A stretch of 40,338 nucleotides of DNA from Nitrospirota bacterium (GTDB taxonomy: Bacteria > Nitrospirota > UBA9217): the NCBI GenBank assembly GCA_963741205.1, contig CAVUHW010000048.1, positions 1 through 40,338 of the forward strand. Reading direction: 5' to 3'. Positions 19,537 through 29,235 of the stretch are shown here, one piece after another. Under the pieces are notes generated by a model. The model was not told where the DNA came from and searched no databases. It was given only the letters and a program-made list of their open reading frames with translations. Positions within the stretch are counted from its first letter, which is position 1. Each line of letters begins with the position of its first letter. Both the position numbers and the translations under genes were made by a program.

Positions 19537-20651
19537 CTAATCAGAGCAATAAATAGTTTGCATTCTGTATCTTAATATGGTATAACTTGGGCATGAAAAA
19601 ACGTGATGCCCGGTCGTTGTCCCCTGAAGCGCAAGAAGCTATCCGCCAGAAAGCGGTTAAGGCTGTCATTGGTGGTAAGAAACAGGTCGAAGTTGCACAG
19701 ATATTCGGTGTTACGCGTCATGCCGTCGGAAAATGGATCGTAGCACACCGAGCAGAGGGCGCGAAAGCGCTTGCAGCCAAGCGACGAGGCCGACCGACGG
19801 GCGGTTCGCTGAAGCCATGGCAGGCGGATAAGGTCAGCAAAACCATTCAGGATCGTCTGCCTGACCAGTTGAAACTGCCGTTTTACCTGTGGACTCGCGA
19901 AGCCGTAGCCCAGCTGATTGCTAAGAAGTTCGATATCGAGCTTTCGGTCTGGACGGTTGGCCGCTACTTGGCCCAGTGGGGTTTTACCCCGCAGAAGCCG
20001 GTGCGTCGGGCCTTTGAGCAGAACTCTGAAGAAGTGCAGCGCTGGCTTACGCATGAGTATCCCCGGATCCGTGCGCAGGCAAAGCAAGAAAAAGCCGAGA
20101 TCTATTGGGGAGACGAGATGGGGTTGCGGTCCGACCACGCTACCGGCCGGACCTACAGCCCTCAAGGTGAAACCCCTGTCATTCCAGGAACGGGGCAGAG
20201 ATTCGGATGCAACATGGTCTCTGCCATTACGAACAAAGGGCGTCTTGCGTTCATGGTGTTTCGGAAGCGGTTCCGTGACGATGTGTTCACCGGTTTCCTG
20301 AAGCGCATGGTTCGCCAGTCCACACGAAAGGTCTTTTTGATCGTAGATAGACATCCTGTGCACCGTTCCCGTACCGTAAAGAAATGGCTTGCCGAGAATG
20401 AAAAGCAAATTCGTCTGTTCTATTTGCCGTCCTATAGTCCGGAGCTTAATCCGGATGAGATGTTGAACCAGGACGTTAAAAGTAATGCTGTCGGACGGAG
20501 GCGAGCGCACACGCAGGACGAGTTACTGTCCAATGTCCGCGGTTACTTGCGAAGCCGACAGAAGAGACCGACTATCGTTCAAAGTTATTTTCAGGAGAAG
20601 CACGTTCAGTATGCTGCTTCATAAATGCAAACTATAATGTGCTCCCCTTAG
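19537..20651 (+). mobile_element. IS630-family insertion sequence, 1115 bp, TA target duplication
   Basis: Imperfect 28-bp terminal inverted repeats (ctaatcagagcaataaatagtttgcatt / aatgcaaactataatgtgctccccttag), TA at 19535-36 and 20652-53, and an empty site in unit 1 (~15265-15280). Confidence 0.92.
19593..20624 (+). CDS. IS630 transposase
   Basis: N-terminal HTH, WGDE, IVDRHPVH and YLPSYSPELNPDE DDE motifs. Confidence 0.95.
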   Translation: MKKRDARSLSPEAQEAIRQKAVKAVIGGKKQVEVAQIFGVTRHAVGKWIVAHRAEGAKALAAKRRGRPTGGSLKPWQADKVSKTIQDRLPDQLKLPFYLWTREAVAQLIAKKFDIELSVWTVGRYLAQWGFTPQKPVRRAFEQNSEEVQRWLTHEYPRIRAQAKQEKAEIYWGDEMGLRSDHATGRTYSPQGETPVIPGTGQRFGCNMVSAITNKGRLAFMVFRKRFRDDVFTGFLKRMVRQSTRKVFLIVDRHPVHRSRTVKKWLAENEKQIRLFYLPSYSPELNPDEMLNQDVKSNAVGRRRAHTQDELLSNVRGYLRSRQKRPTIVQSYFQEKHVQYAAS

Positions 20652-20657
20652 TAATAC

Positions 20658-20691
20658 AAAAAAAGAGCTAATTCCTAATTAGAATTAGCTC
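20658..20691 (-). terminator. Terminator downstream of ssrA, at the end of unit 2
   Basis: gagctaattc...gaattagctc plus T7 on the minus strand, about 75 nt after the CCA end. Confidence 0.8.
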
Positions 20692-20765
20692 AAGACTGCA
20701 TAGGTCTTTATGGAAAGTGCATGCAAAAAGATCAATAAAAAAACACAGTAATATCATAACTTAAA

Positions 20766-21120
20766 TGGTGGAGGCGGCGGGAATTGAACCCGCGTCCGAA
20801 AACCTTCAGCCAGAAGCTCATACATGCTTATCCCCTCTTTTAAAGCTCTCGCTTCATCCAGCGCCTCAGGGAAAGCTTTGGAATCGGCCAGCCCGGTTTA
20901 TCTCATCTTCCCGCCCCGGACGAAGTCGGGAAGACCAGCCTGGTTTGTGACGTCTCTGCGACTGTTCAGGCGCCGGCCGCGAAACGCGCTGACTAGTTAA
21001 TTAGGCAGCGAGTGCCAGTTCGTTATTGGCAGTTGATCTTTACCATGTGTTTAACGAGCCCCATGGTACCTCGGCATGCAACTCCTAACCTCCGTGTCCC
21101 CGTCGAAGCCTGTCGCCCCC
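20766..21120 (-). ncRNA. ssrA: tmRNA (355 nt); tag peptide (A)ANNELALAA* at 21030..21001
   Basis: 5' GGGGGCG pairs with 3' CGCCUCC-ACCA with a G3:U wobble; T-arm GCGGG-UUCAAUU-CCCGC; tag frame ends LAA-stop. Confidence 0.96.
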
Positions 21121-21187
21121 TTTCGAAATGCGGAATTCGGCGTGCGAAATTTGGAATGTAAAATCTTCCGCACTTAGATATATTACT

Positions 21188-21502
21188 CTATTCGTTCCTG
21201 ATATTCAACAACCGTTCCACGTCCTCGCTGCTCAGGCCATCGACCCGTATGGTCTTGTCTCTCGACGTCTGGCCGGAAACGATCTCCACGCGGGACTTTG
21301 CCACGCCGAGCTTTCCGGCCAGGAATTTGACCAGAGCTTCGTTCGCCGCGCCGTCAACCGGCGGCGCCGTCAGCCTGATTTTGAACCCTCCGCCTTCCAT
21401 GCGGATGAGCTCGTTCTTCGACGCCCGGGGCTGGATTTTGACCGACAACACAGCCGATGCCGCGGCCTCCTTATCCCTGGGCGGGTTCCTCTTTTGTTTC
21501 AC
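21188..21502 (-). CDS. yggU: DUF167/YggU family protein
   Basis: VKIQPRAS, APPVDGAAN and GQTSRDK motifs. Confidence 0.88.
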   Translation of the reverse strand: MKQKRNPPRDKEAAASAVLSVKIQPRASKNELIRMEGGGFKIRLTAPPVDGAANEALVKFLAGKLGVAKSRVEIVSGQTSRDKTIRVDGLSSEDVERLLNIRNE

Positions 21503-21962
21503 CGCCGGACTCCTCGAAATTGATCATTTCCTGGTGCATCTGGATGACCTTCTTCAGATCCAGGTGGAATTGGTGCTTGCGGCGCTTCATCTCCTGGAGC
21601 TCCGATTCCAGCCGTACCTTCTCCTCCTGTGCGCTTCCGATGATCTGACGACTGCGGATATCGGCGTCCTTGATGATCAGTGCCGCTTCCCTGCGCGCGT
21701 TGTCCTTCTGGTCTTCCATGAGTTTCTGGGTCATGATCAGCGTGTTTTTGATCATTTCTTCCTTCTCGTTCAACTCGCGGAGACGCTGTTCATAGGACTG
21801 CCGGAATTCCCGGAGCTCCGTCATCTCGCGAATAAGCGACTCCATCTCGTCCCGCACAAGATCGAGAAACATCCCGACCTCGGTCCGATCATAGCCCCGA
21901 AAACCGACATGGAACCGTTTCTGCTGGATGTCTATCGGCGTCACGTTGATGCCGTCAGTCAT
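21471..21962 (-). CDS. divIVA: DivIVA-domain protein
   Basis: TPIDIQQKRF..GFRGYD..EV..FLD followed by coiled coil. Confidence 0.9.
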   Translation of the reverse strand: MTDGINVTPIDIQQKRFHVGFRGYDRTEVGMFLDLVRDEMESLIREMTELREFRQSYEQRLRELNEKEEMIKNTLIMTQKLMEDQKDNARREAALIIKDADIRSRQIIGSAQEEKVRLESELQEMKRRKHQFHLDLKKVIQMHQEMINFEESGGETKEEPAQG

Positions 21963-22010
21963 AGAATGCCTCCTCGCGTTTAATGATTTGCCTCTTCCTT
22001 GCTGCCGGCG

Positions 22011-22314
22011 CTAATTCATCGTCGCCGCGATGCGGTAGAGCGTCTTGATCAACGCGGACCTCAGAAAAATGATGATCAGCGCGGCGATCAGCGGGGAAAA
22101 ATCCAGCCCGACCCGGTAGGGCGGAACGAGCTTGCGGATGGGCCGGAGCACGGGCTCGGTCATCCGCGTCAGGATCTGGACGATCGGGTTAGTAGGGATC
22201 GGGATTCACCCAGGAGATGAGCGCCCTGACGATGATGACCCACATGTAGATGTTCAGTATGACGTCGAGCACCTCGGCGATGCCGCTCAGAACGTTTCCG
22301 AATATGAACATCAT
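22011..22314 (-). CDS. yggT: YggT membrane protein; one extra base at ~22191
   Basis: YMWVIIVRALISWVNPDPY / NPIVQIL..MTEPVL.PIR..GLDFSP after removing one base; conserved gene order. Confidence 0.85.
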
Positions 22315-22406
22315 GCCTCCCTTGCATAAATTATTTTCGAAATCCTAATCGAAATGCTAAACATTTCGGTAACTGAACAATGTCTCACATTTACCATAGC
22401 TTTCTA

Positions 22407-23219
22407 TTACTTCCCCAGTTCCCTGCTTCTCGCCGTGGCCGCTTCCACGGCGTTCATCAGCGTGGCCCGGAGCTTGCCCTTTTCGAGCGCATGAAGCCCC
22501 TCGATCGTGGTCCCGCCGGGAGACGTGACCATGTCACGGAGCTTGGCCGGATGCTCCTTCGTTTCCAATACCATCTTGGCCGACCCGAATACGGTCTGTG
22601 CGGCAAGTTCAAGCGCGAGAGGACGGGGGAGCCCCGCCTTTACGCCCGCGTCGGAAAGCGCGTCGATGATCAGGAACACATAGGCGGGCCCGCTTCCCGA
22701 AAGGCCGGTCACCGCATCCATGAGTTTTTCCTCCACGATTACGGCCCTGCCCACGGAATTGAAAATGTCCTGTGCGAGCGCAAGGTCGTCGGCAGTGGCA
22801 TTTTTCCCGCCTGCAAGCGCAGCAGCGCCGGCCAGGACGAGCGCAGGGGTATTGGGCATGACGCGCACGACATGCGAACCGTCCTTGAAAGTCTTCTCGA
22901 TCTTCGTCAGGGCGATTCCCGCGGCAATGGAGATTACGAGTTTTTTGTCATCGATCAGGGAAGAGATTTCTCCGACGACCTTCTCGATCACCTGCGGCTT
23001 CACGCTTAAGATGATGACGCTTGCCTCGCGCGCCGCATCGGCGTTGGTTTTCTGTATGGTTATGCCGTAGGTCTTCCTGAGGTGCTCGCGCCGGTCGGCG
23101 GAAAGGTCCGTGACAAGGATCTGGTCGGGTTTTGCGGTCCCCGATGCAATCAGCCCCTTGATCAGGGCCTCGGCCATGTTCCCGCCGCCCAGGAACGCGA
23201 TCTTCTTATCTATTGCCAT
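22407..23219 (-). CDS. proC: Pyrroline-5-carboxylate reductase
   Basis: GGGNMA, RVMPNTP, SGSGPAY and VTSPGGTT motifs. Confidence 0.95.
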   Translation of the reverse strand: MAIDKKIAFLGGGNMAEALIKGLIASGTAKPDQILVTDLSADRREHLRKTYGITIQKTNADAAREASVIILSVKPQVIEKVVGEISSLIDDKKLVISIAAGIALTKIEKTFKDGSHVVRVMPNTPALVLAGAAALAGGKNATADDLALAQDIFNSVGRAVIVEEKLMDAVTGLSGSGPAYVFLIIDALSDAGVKAGLPRPLALELAAQTVFGSAKMVLETKEHPAKLRDMVTSPGGTTIEGLHALEKGKLRATLMNAVEAATARSRELGK

Positions 23220-23281
23220 AAAACCCCCTGCCTTATCCGTCGATGTTTCCGAATTTCATTCCGAAATCCGTTCCAATCTTA

Positions 23282-23965
23282 TTATCGCTCCCCGAATATC
23301 GCCGTCCCCACCCGGACCAGCGTCGCGCCTTCTTCCACGGCCGTTTCAAAATCTCCGCTCATTCCCATGGACAGCTCCTGCATCGATACGTTCGCGATGT
23401 TCTCTCCGGCAATGGCTGACGCCAGTTCCCGGAGTCTCCGGAAATAGGGCCGTGAATCTTCCGGATTCTCGGAATAGGGCGGCATGGTCATCAAGCCTTT
23501 GATCGCGATATGTCCGAACTTCGCCGCCTCGCGGACCAGGCGGGCGCATCCGCGAGCGCTCACCCCGGCCTTGGCGGCTTCACCCGCGATGTTGACCTCG
23601 ACAAGAACGTCCTGCAACTTCCCGATTTTCGCCGCCTGCCTGTCGAGCTCTTTCGCAAGGTCAAGGGAATCGACGGAATGAATCAGGGAAAAAAGCTTGA
23701 CCGCGAATTTTGCCTTGTTTGTCTGAAGTCGGCCGATCAGATGCCAGCTCGCATCTGGGCCGAGTTGATCGATCTTGTCCTTCGCCTCCTGCACGCGGTT
23801 CTCGCCGAGAATCATCGAACCGGACGCCAGCGCCTCGCGGATTTTCCCGACATCAACCGTCTTCGTGACGACCACCAGCTTGACCGAGGAGGGGTCGCGT
23901 CCGGCGCGCGCGGCTGCCGATGCGATCCTGTCTCGAACCGTCTTGAGGTTGTCCGCAATCGACAT
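23282..23965 (-). CDS. yggS: PLP homeostasis protein YggS
   Basis: GENRVQE, WHLIGRLQTNK, LSMGMSGD and VRVGTAIFG motifs. Confidence 0.95.
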   Translation of the reverse strand: MSIADNLKTVRDRIASAAARAGRDPSSVKLVVVTKTVDVGKIREALASGSMILGENRVQEAKDKIDQLGPDASWHLIGRLQTNKAKFAVKLFSLIHSVDSLDLAKELDRQAAKIGKLQDVLVEVNIAGEAAKAGVSARGCARLVREAAKFGHIAIKGLMTMPPYSENPEDSRPYFRRLRELASAIAGENIANVSMQELSMGMSGDFETAVEEGATLVRVGTAIFGER

Positions 23966-23980
23966 GAGAAAATAATTGCC

Positions 23981-24079
23981 TCTCGCAAAGGACGCGAAGG
24001 TCGCAAAGAAAACCGAAAAATAAGTAGGGTAATTTCGTTGTTTAAATCTTTTCTTGGCGTTCTTTGCGCCTTTGCGAGA
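23981..24079. repeat. MITE-like inverted repeat built from cgcaaag units
   Basis: tctcgcaaaggacgcgaaggtcgcaaag ... ctttgcgcctttgcgaga; same family as 34956..35074. Confidence 0.7.
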
Positions 24080-24088
24080 AAACAGGCT

Positions 24089-24832
24089 TCACGGTTTTAT
24101 CATGACCACCGCAAGCATCCTGCCGGTCCTGCCCTCGGCCCGGAAGGAATAGAACAGGTCTCTTCTGCACGAGGTGCACAATCCGAGAGCATGGATGTTC
24201 CGCTCCTTGAGCCCTGCCTGGACCAGCTCCGTCCTGTTCACCTCGACGAGGTCGAGGTTCCACTTGCCGTTCCCCCGCTGGGCTGCCACCTCTTTCCAGA
24301 AGGAGAAGGCGTCCCGAACCGGCGCCATCACCGGCTCGTCAACCTCGTAGCATTCCGGTCCGATGGCCGGTCCGATGGCGGCGATAAGACTCCCGGGGGC
24401 GGAGCCGAATTCGTCCTCCATTCTCTTTACGGCCTTCCGGACGATCATCTTGACCGTGCTTCTCCAGCCCGCATGGACAGCAGCCACCGCCGGTGTTTCG
24501 GGATCGACCAGCAGGACCGGCACGCAGTCGGCAGTCTCAACTCCAACGGCGATGCCGCGAGCTTTTGTAACCATGGCATCGGCCTTCGCGGTCCTGATGC
24601 TTCTGTAGTTCCGGCCGTCTACAACAACGATATGCTCTCCATGGACCTGATTGACGGTGACGACCCGGTCGGCCTCGATACCGAACAGTCCGGCGACCGC
24701 ATTCCAGTCATCGGGCAGCTTCATGCCGCTGCTTCTTCCGCCAAGCCCGTTCTGCCGGGTCGTAAAGGCGTGCTTTATCCCGATCCCATTTCAGCGAGGG
24801 CGGGAAGTGTAAGATACTTGACTATCAGTCAT
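24089..24832 (-). CDS. pgeF: PgeF/YfiH family protein; indels in the 5' ~60 bp, start approximate
   Basis: HAFTTR, QVHG, TADCVP, HAGWR, IGPAIGPECYEV and FYSFR motifs. Confidence 0.88.
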
Positions 24833-24938
24833 AGCGTCTTCGGCCTCAACCAACAAAATCTCATCCCCCGCTTGAATCTTGCCCTCGAATGGTTCTTTTG
24901 AGGGCTTTAATCGGGGATAGAGGATTTTTTTAAAACCC

Positions 24939-24968
24939 AGATTCCCGATACTGGTATTCGGGAATGAC
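24939..24968. repeat. REP-like palindrome (GTCATTCCCG...CGGGAATC type)
   Basis: attcccga-tactggtat-tcgggaat-gac hairpin. Confidence 0.55.
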
Positions 24969-25039
24969 GGCTTAGGTCGCTTTTGTATTTGATGGCTGGG
25001 ATTTATTCGAGATTTAGCGCTTGCCCTTTGGCGCTTGCC

Positions 25040-26767
25040 TTACTTGCACACTCCGCAGCTCTTGCAGGACCCGACGCTGCAGGGCGGCGTGAACTTACCT
25101 TCCCGGGCGCGCTCGTATTCATTTCTAAGATATTCTTTTCTCACGCCGATGTCAATAAAATCCCATGGCAGCGCCTCGTCGAAGGCCCTCCGGCGGTAGA
25201 CGTAAAAGTCCGTATCAATGCCCGTTGACTTTGCGGCCTTCTTCCAGTCCCCGCCGGCCGCGTGAGCTGCGGCGAGAAGTCTTCCGAGCCTCCTGTCCCC
25301 TCGCGAGAGGAGCGCCTGGACATATTCCCACTTCGGCAGGTCGTGGATGATGTTCATATTCCCGATCTTCTTGACCGCCTTATCCAAGGAGCGAAGCTTT
25401 TTGTTCAGGCCCTCGACAGGCTCCATGGGCTCCCACTGAAACGGAGTAAAAGGCTTTGGCACGAAGGAGTTCACGGAAAGCGTGATTCTGCCGATTCGGC
25501 CTTTCGGACGAGCATGCTGGAGCTGCACCTCGTGCACGCGACCGGCCAGCGCGATGATTCCGTCCACATCCTCCTGGGTCTCCGTGGGAAGGCCGATGAT
25601 GAAATAGAGCTTAAGGTTCGGAATGCCGCTCCCGAATATCATATCAGAGGCGCGGAGAATGTCCTCTTCGGTGATCCCCTTGTTGATGACCTTCCGGAGA
25701 CGCTCTGATCCCGCCTCGGGCGCGATGGCGATCGTCTTGTGCCCGCTTTGAGCCAGCCGCGCGATGAGGGCTTTGCTCACCGAATCCGCGCGGAGCGAGG
25801 AAACCGAGACCCCGCCTTCGATTGCGGCGCACAACTCGCCGATCTCCGGGTAGTCCGAGATCGCCGCGCCCACGAGCCCGATCTTGCCGCAGAGGTCGTC
25901 GGCCCTTCGGGCCTGTTCCCTGGCCTCGTCGATGCGAAGATTACGCGGCGGGAGGTAGATATAGCCCGCCATGCAGAACCTGCAGTGCCTGCCGCACCCG
26001 CGAGTGATCTCAGCCAGATGCCTGTCGCTGAATTCGGTGTCCGGCGTAAGGATCACCGATGCCGCCGGAAATCGCTCGATATGCTCGACCGTTCTCTTGG
26101 CGATTCGGTCCGGCGCAGACGGCTCGAGTTTTGTGCGGGCCTCGATCGTGCCGTCCCCGCGATAAGCGGCCTCGTAAAACTCGGGCACGTACACACCGGG
26201 TATACGGACCAGGGCGGCAAGCAACTCTCTGCGGTCCCGGCCGCTGTGTGCCTTGAACACATCGATAAACTCACCGACGACTTCTTCGCCCTCTCCCACG
26301 ATCACGACATCAAAAAAATCCGCAAGCGGCTCGGGGTTGAAGAAGGAACAGATGCCGCCGAGGACCACGAGCGGGTCGGCTGCGGCGCGGTTCCGTTTGT
26401 CCGCGGGGATCCCCGCGAGTCTGAGCATCTCGAGGATATTCAGATAATCCTGTTCAAAGGAAACGGAGAACGCAAGAATATCGAATTCCCCGACCAGCCG
26501 CTTGCCCTCGAGACTGAAGAGCTTCGAGCCGGTCTTTTTATAGTCTTCAAGGTCTTCATCATCGGGCAGGAACACGCGCTCGCACACGGTGTCGGGACGG
26601 GAGTTCAACAGGGAGTAGATCTGGTGCAGGCCGAGATTCGACATGCCCACGTGGTAGGTATTGGGGTAGGCTAGTGCGACCGCTACTTCCGCGCCCTGCG
26701 GCTTGAATACGGTTCCGCGCTCGGCCGCAAGCAGCGCATCGGTCTTTTCCTGAAGTCGCCGGGACAT
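25040..26767 (-). CDS. Radical SAM protein (B12-binding/YgiQ-like family)
   Basis: YPNTYHVGMSNLG, RGCGRHCRFC (CxxxCxxC), APEAGSERLR, FVPKPFTPFQW and a C-terminal Cys cluster. Confidence 0.9.
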   Translation of the reverse strand: MSRRLQEKTDALLAAERGTVFKPQGAEVAVALAYPNTYHVGMSNLGLHQIYSLLNSRPDTVCERVFLPDDEDLEDYKKTGSKLFSLEGKRLVGEFDILAFSVSFEQDYLNILEMLRLAGIPADKRNRAAADPLVVLGGICSFFNPEPLADFFDVVIVGEGEEVVGEFIDVFKAHSGRDRRELLAALVRIPGVYVPEFYEAAYRGDGTIEARTKLEPSAPDRIAKRTVEHIERFPAASVILTPDTEFSDRHLAEITRGCGRHCRFCMAGYIYLPPRNLRIDEAREQARRADDLCGKIGLVGAAISDYPEIGELCAAIEGGVSVSSLRADSVSKALIARLAQSGHKTIAIAPEAGSERLRKVINKGITEEDILRASDMIFGSGIPNLKLYFIIGLPTETQEDVDGIIALAGRVHEVQLQHARPKGRIGRITLSVNSFVPKPFTPFQWEPMEPVEGLNKKLRSLDKAVKKIGNMNIIHDLPKWEYVQALLSRGDRRLGRLLAAAHAAGGDWKKAAKSTGIDTDFYVYRRRAFDEALPWDFIDIGVRKEYLRNEYERAREGKFTPPCSVGSCKSCGVCK

Positions 26768-26861
26768 AAGGGATTATACGAGACCTGGACGCCGCGTGCA
26801 AAACGATTAGGCGCGGCCGACTTTCCTGTGACTGCGGCGCCCTCTGCATGATGCGGTCGTT

Positions 26862-29196
26862 CTACTTCCCGTCCAGGACCTCCCGCACCTTTCTCAGGAG
26901 GTCGTTGATCGCCACGGGCTTGAGTATGAAGTTGAATTCTTTGTCGAGCAGGCCTTTCTGGTCGATGATATCGGCGGTGTAGCCGCTGAGGAAGAGGGCC
27001 TTGATGTCGGGTTTGAATATTCTGATCTTATCAAACACCTCTTTGCCGTTCTTCTTCGGCATTATGACATCGAGGAGCAGCATGCGGACCTTGTCCCGGT
27101 TCTCGCTGAATTTTTTGACCGCCGCCTCCCCATCCTCAGCCTGGATCACCGAATACCCGAACTGCGTCAGCACGCTTGCGGTAAGATTTCTCACGGTCTC
27201 ATCATCCTCGGCAACAAGTATCGTTTCCGTGCCTCCCTCGAGGGGACTCAAAACGACGGACCGGGAGGCGTCCGTCTCTTCGTCAACGACAGGCAGATAA
27301 ATTTTGAACGCCGCCCCCCTTCCTGGTGCGCTTTCCACCTCGAGAGAGCCGTTGTGCTGTTTAATGGTGCCGTACACAATGGCAAGCCCCAGTCCCGTGC
27401 CCTTCCCCACCTCTTTCGTCGTGAAGAAGGGCTCAAAAATCCGCTCTCTGGTCTTTTCTTCCATGCCGACGCCCGTATCGGTGACCGTCAGAAGGGCATA
27501 CGTCCCGGGCCTGCGGAGACCGCGGGCCTTTGCCTCATCCTCGCCCAGCTCAATGGTCTCTGTCTCAAGGAAGAGGCTCCCTCCCCCGGGCATGGCATCG
27601 CGAGCGTTCGTTACCAGGTTCATCAGGACCTGCTCGATCTGTCCTGTGTCCGCCAGGACCGTTATGTCCTTCTCGGCCAGGACGCTCCTGAGCTCCACGT
27701 CTTCGCCGATGAGCCTGGCAAGAAGCTGCTCCATATTCCTGATAATTTCGTTGAGGTCCACCGGCTGCGGGTTCAGGATTTGCTGTCTGCCGTAGGCAAG
27801 CAGACCGCGGGTCAGGCCGGCGGCCCGGTTTGCCGCGCCAATTATCTGCTCCACATAGAACCGCAGCGGATCGTGCTCGCCTATTCCTTTTGAAGCAGGT
27901 TCCCGTAGCCGATGACGGCTGTAAGGATATTATTGAAGTCGTGAGCGATCCCGCCGGCGAGGGTGCCGATGGATTCCATCTTCTGGGCTTGGCGAAGCTG
28001 GTCCTCGAGCCGCTTGCGTTCCGAAACGTCGATGCCCACACAGACAAGATACTGCTGGTCGTGTATGATAAGCCGGAATCCCGTCAGCAGAAAGGGTATG
28101 CGTGCGCCGCTCTTCGTAAGAATCCTGGCCTCCGTGGAGGCCTTGCCGGTGTCATAGACCTCCTTCATCTTGGCTGCCATGAGCTCCCGGTCCTCAAGGA
28201 ACAGACCGGATATATTCATGCCTGACAACTCTTTGCCGGTATATCCCGTCACCTCTTGTACGTTCTTGTTCCACCGGATCAGCGATCCCTGTTCATCGCA
28301 AATATAAAATGTCCCTGGCAGGTTGTCGATGACCGCATCGGAAAATCTTTTCTCCTCCAGCAGAGCTTCCTCGGCCCTCCGGTGCTCGGTTACATCGATG
28401 CCGGTCGGAATAATGTATTCGACCGAGCCGTCCGCCGCAAGAATCGAGGTGTTCGCCCAGGAGATCAGCCTCCGCTGCCCGTTCTTCGCCACCCAGTAGT
28501 TCTCGTATTTGTTCGGAAACATGCCTGCATTGAGGTTTTCAAAAACTTTCTTAACTTCTTCCACCTGCTCCTGCGGGATCAGGAAGTCCCAGACATGCCG
28601 CCCCTGAACTTCCTCGAACCGGTACCCGCTCACTTCCTCACAGGAGCGGTTGAAACGAACAATCCTGCCGTCGCGGTCGAGAACAACGACCATCGAGCCC
28701 ACCGTATCGAGCACCGCCGCAGTGAAATCACGCTCTTTTTTGAGGGACTCTTCCGTCTTTTGCGTTCGGTAACATCACGGGTGATCCCCAGGAGGGCTAC
28801 GATTTCGTCCTGGTCGTTGCGGAGGGGAACAGCATGGGTCTCGAGCCAGAGCCGCCTTCCCTTGACGCCGCACATCTCAAAGGTCAGGGTCCCCGGCTTT
28901 CCCTGGAAAACCCCTTCGGTAAGTTTTATGAAGGCCTCCCGATATTCCGGCAGGATGAGAGGATAAATCGATTTGCCCCTGGCCCGGTCGAGCGAGCTCA
29001 CCTGGATCATGTCCAATCCGGCGCGGTTCATCATGATCAGGGTCCCGTCGGAGGCGACAAGCTTCACACATTCCGGCTCGGTTTCAATGATCGCCTGGAG
29101 AAATTTTCTGTTCTCTCCGAGAGCCCTCTCCAACTCGCTGCGATCTGAAGCGGGCCCGGTGGGGACGATGCCCGGTATTGTTTTTTTCTCGGTCAT
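26862..29196 (-). CDS. Multi-PAS hybrid histidine kinase with a receiver domain; frameshifts at ~28750 and ~27875
   Basis: Three PAS/PAC segments, H-box [35 protein letters not shown] and receiver DVIMP, spread over three consecutive ORFs. Confidence 0.85.
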
Positions 29197-29235
29197 GCTG
29201 TTGTACGCCACCCTGCCCGTTCTTGTTGCCCGCCG

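Larger units (their letters stand above)
15381..20765. mobile_element. tmRNA-integrated mini-island, unit 2 (5385 bp including IS630; cargo disrupted)
   Basis: Same gene order as unit 1, with many substitutions and indels. Confidence 0.8.

Noticed and set aside
19572-20510. 312-aa minus-strand ORF
   Set aside because: Antisense shadow of the IS630 transposase, with no recognisable motifs.
11134-20788. Three identical ~20-bp repeats as a CRISPR array or as tRNA genes
   Set aside because: Spacing is 4-5 kb, no cas genes are present, and the two left copies lack the rest of the RNA. They are att-type duplications of the ssrA end.
20765-20950. ORF MVEAAGIEPASEN...
   Set aside because: It is the antisense translation of the tmRNA 3' end.
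23510-24901. 463-aa plus-strand ORF and similar long antisense ORFs (25739..26674, 28973..30112, 37031..37963)
   Set aside because: They lie opposite well-supported genes in GC-rich DNA and show no protein-family motifs.
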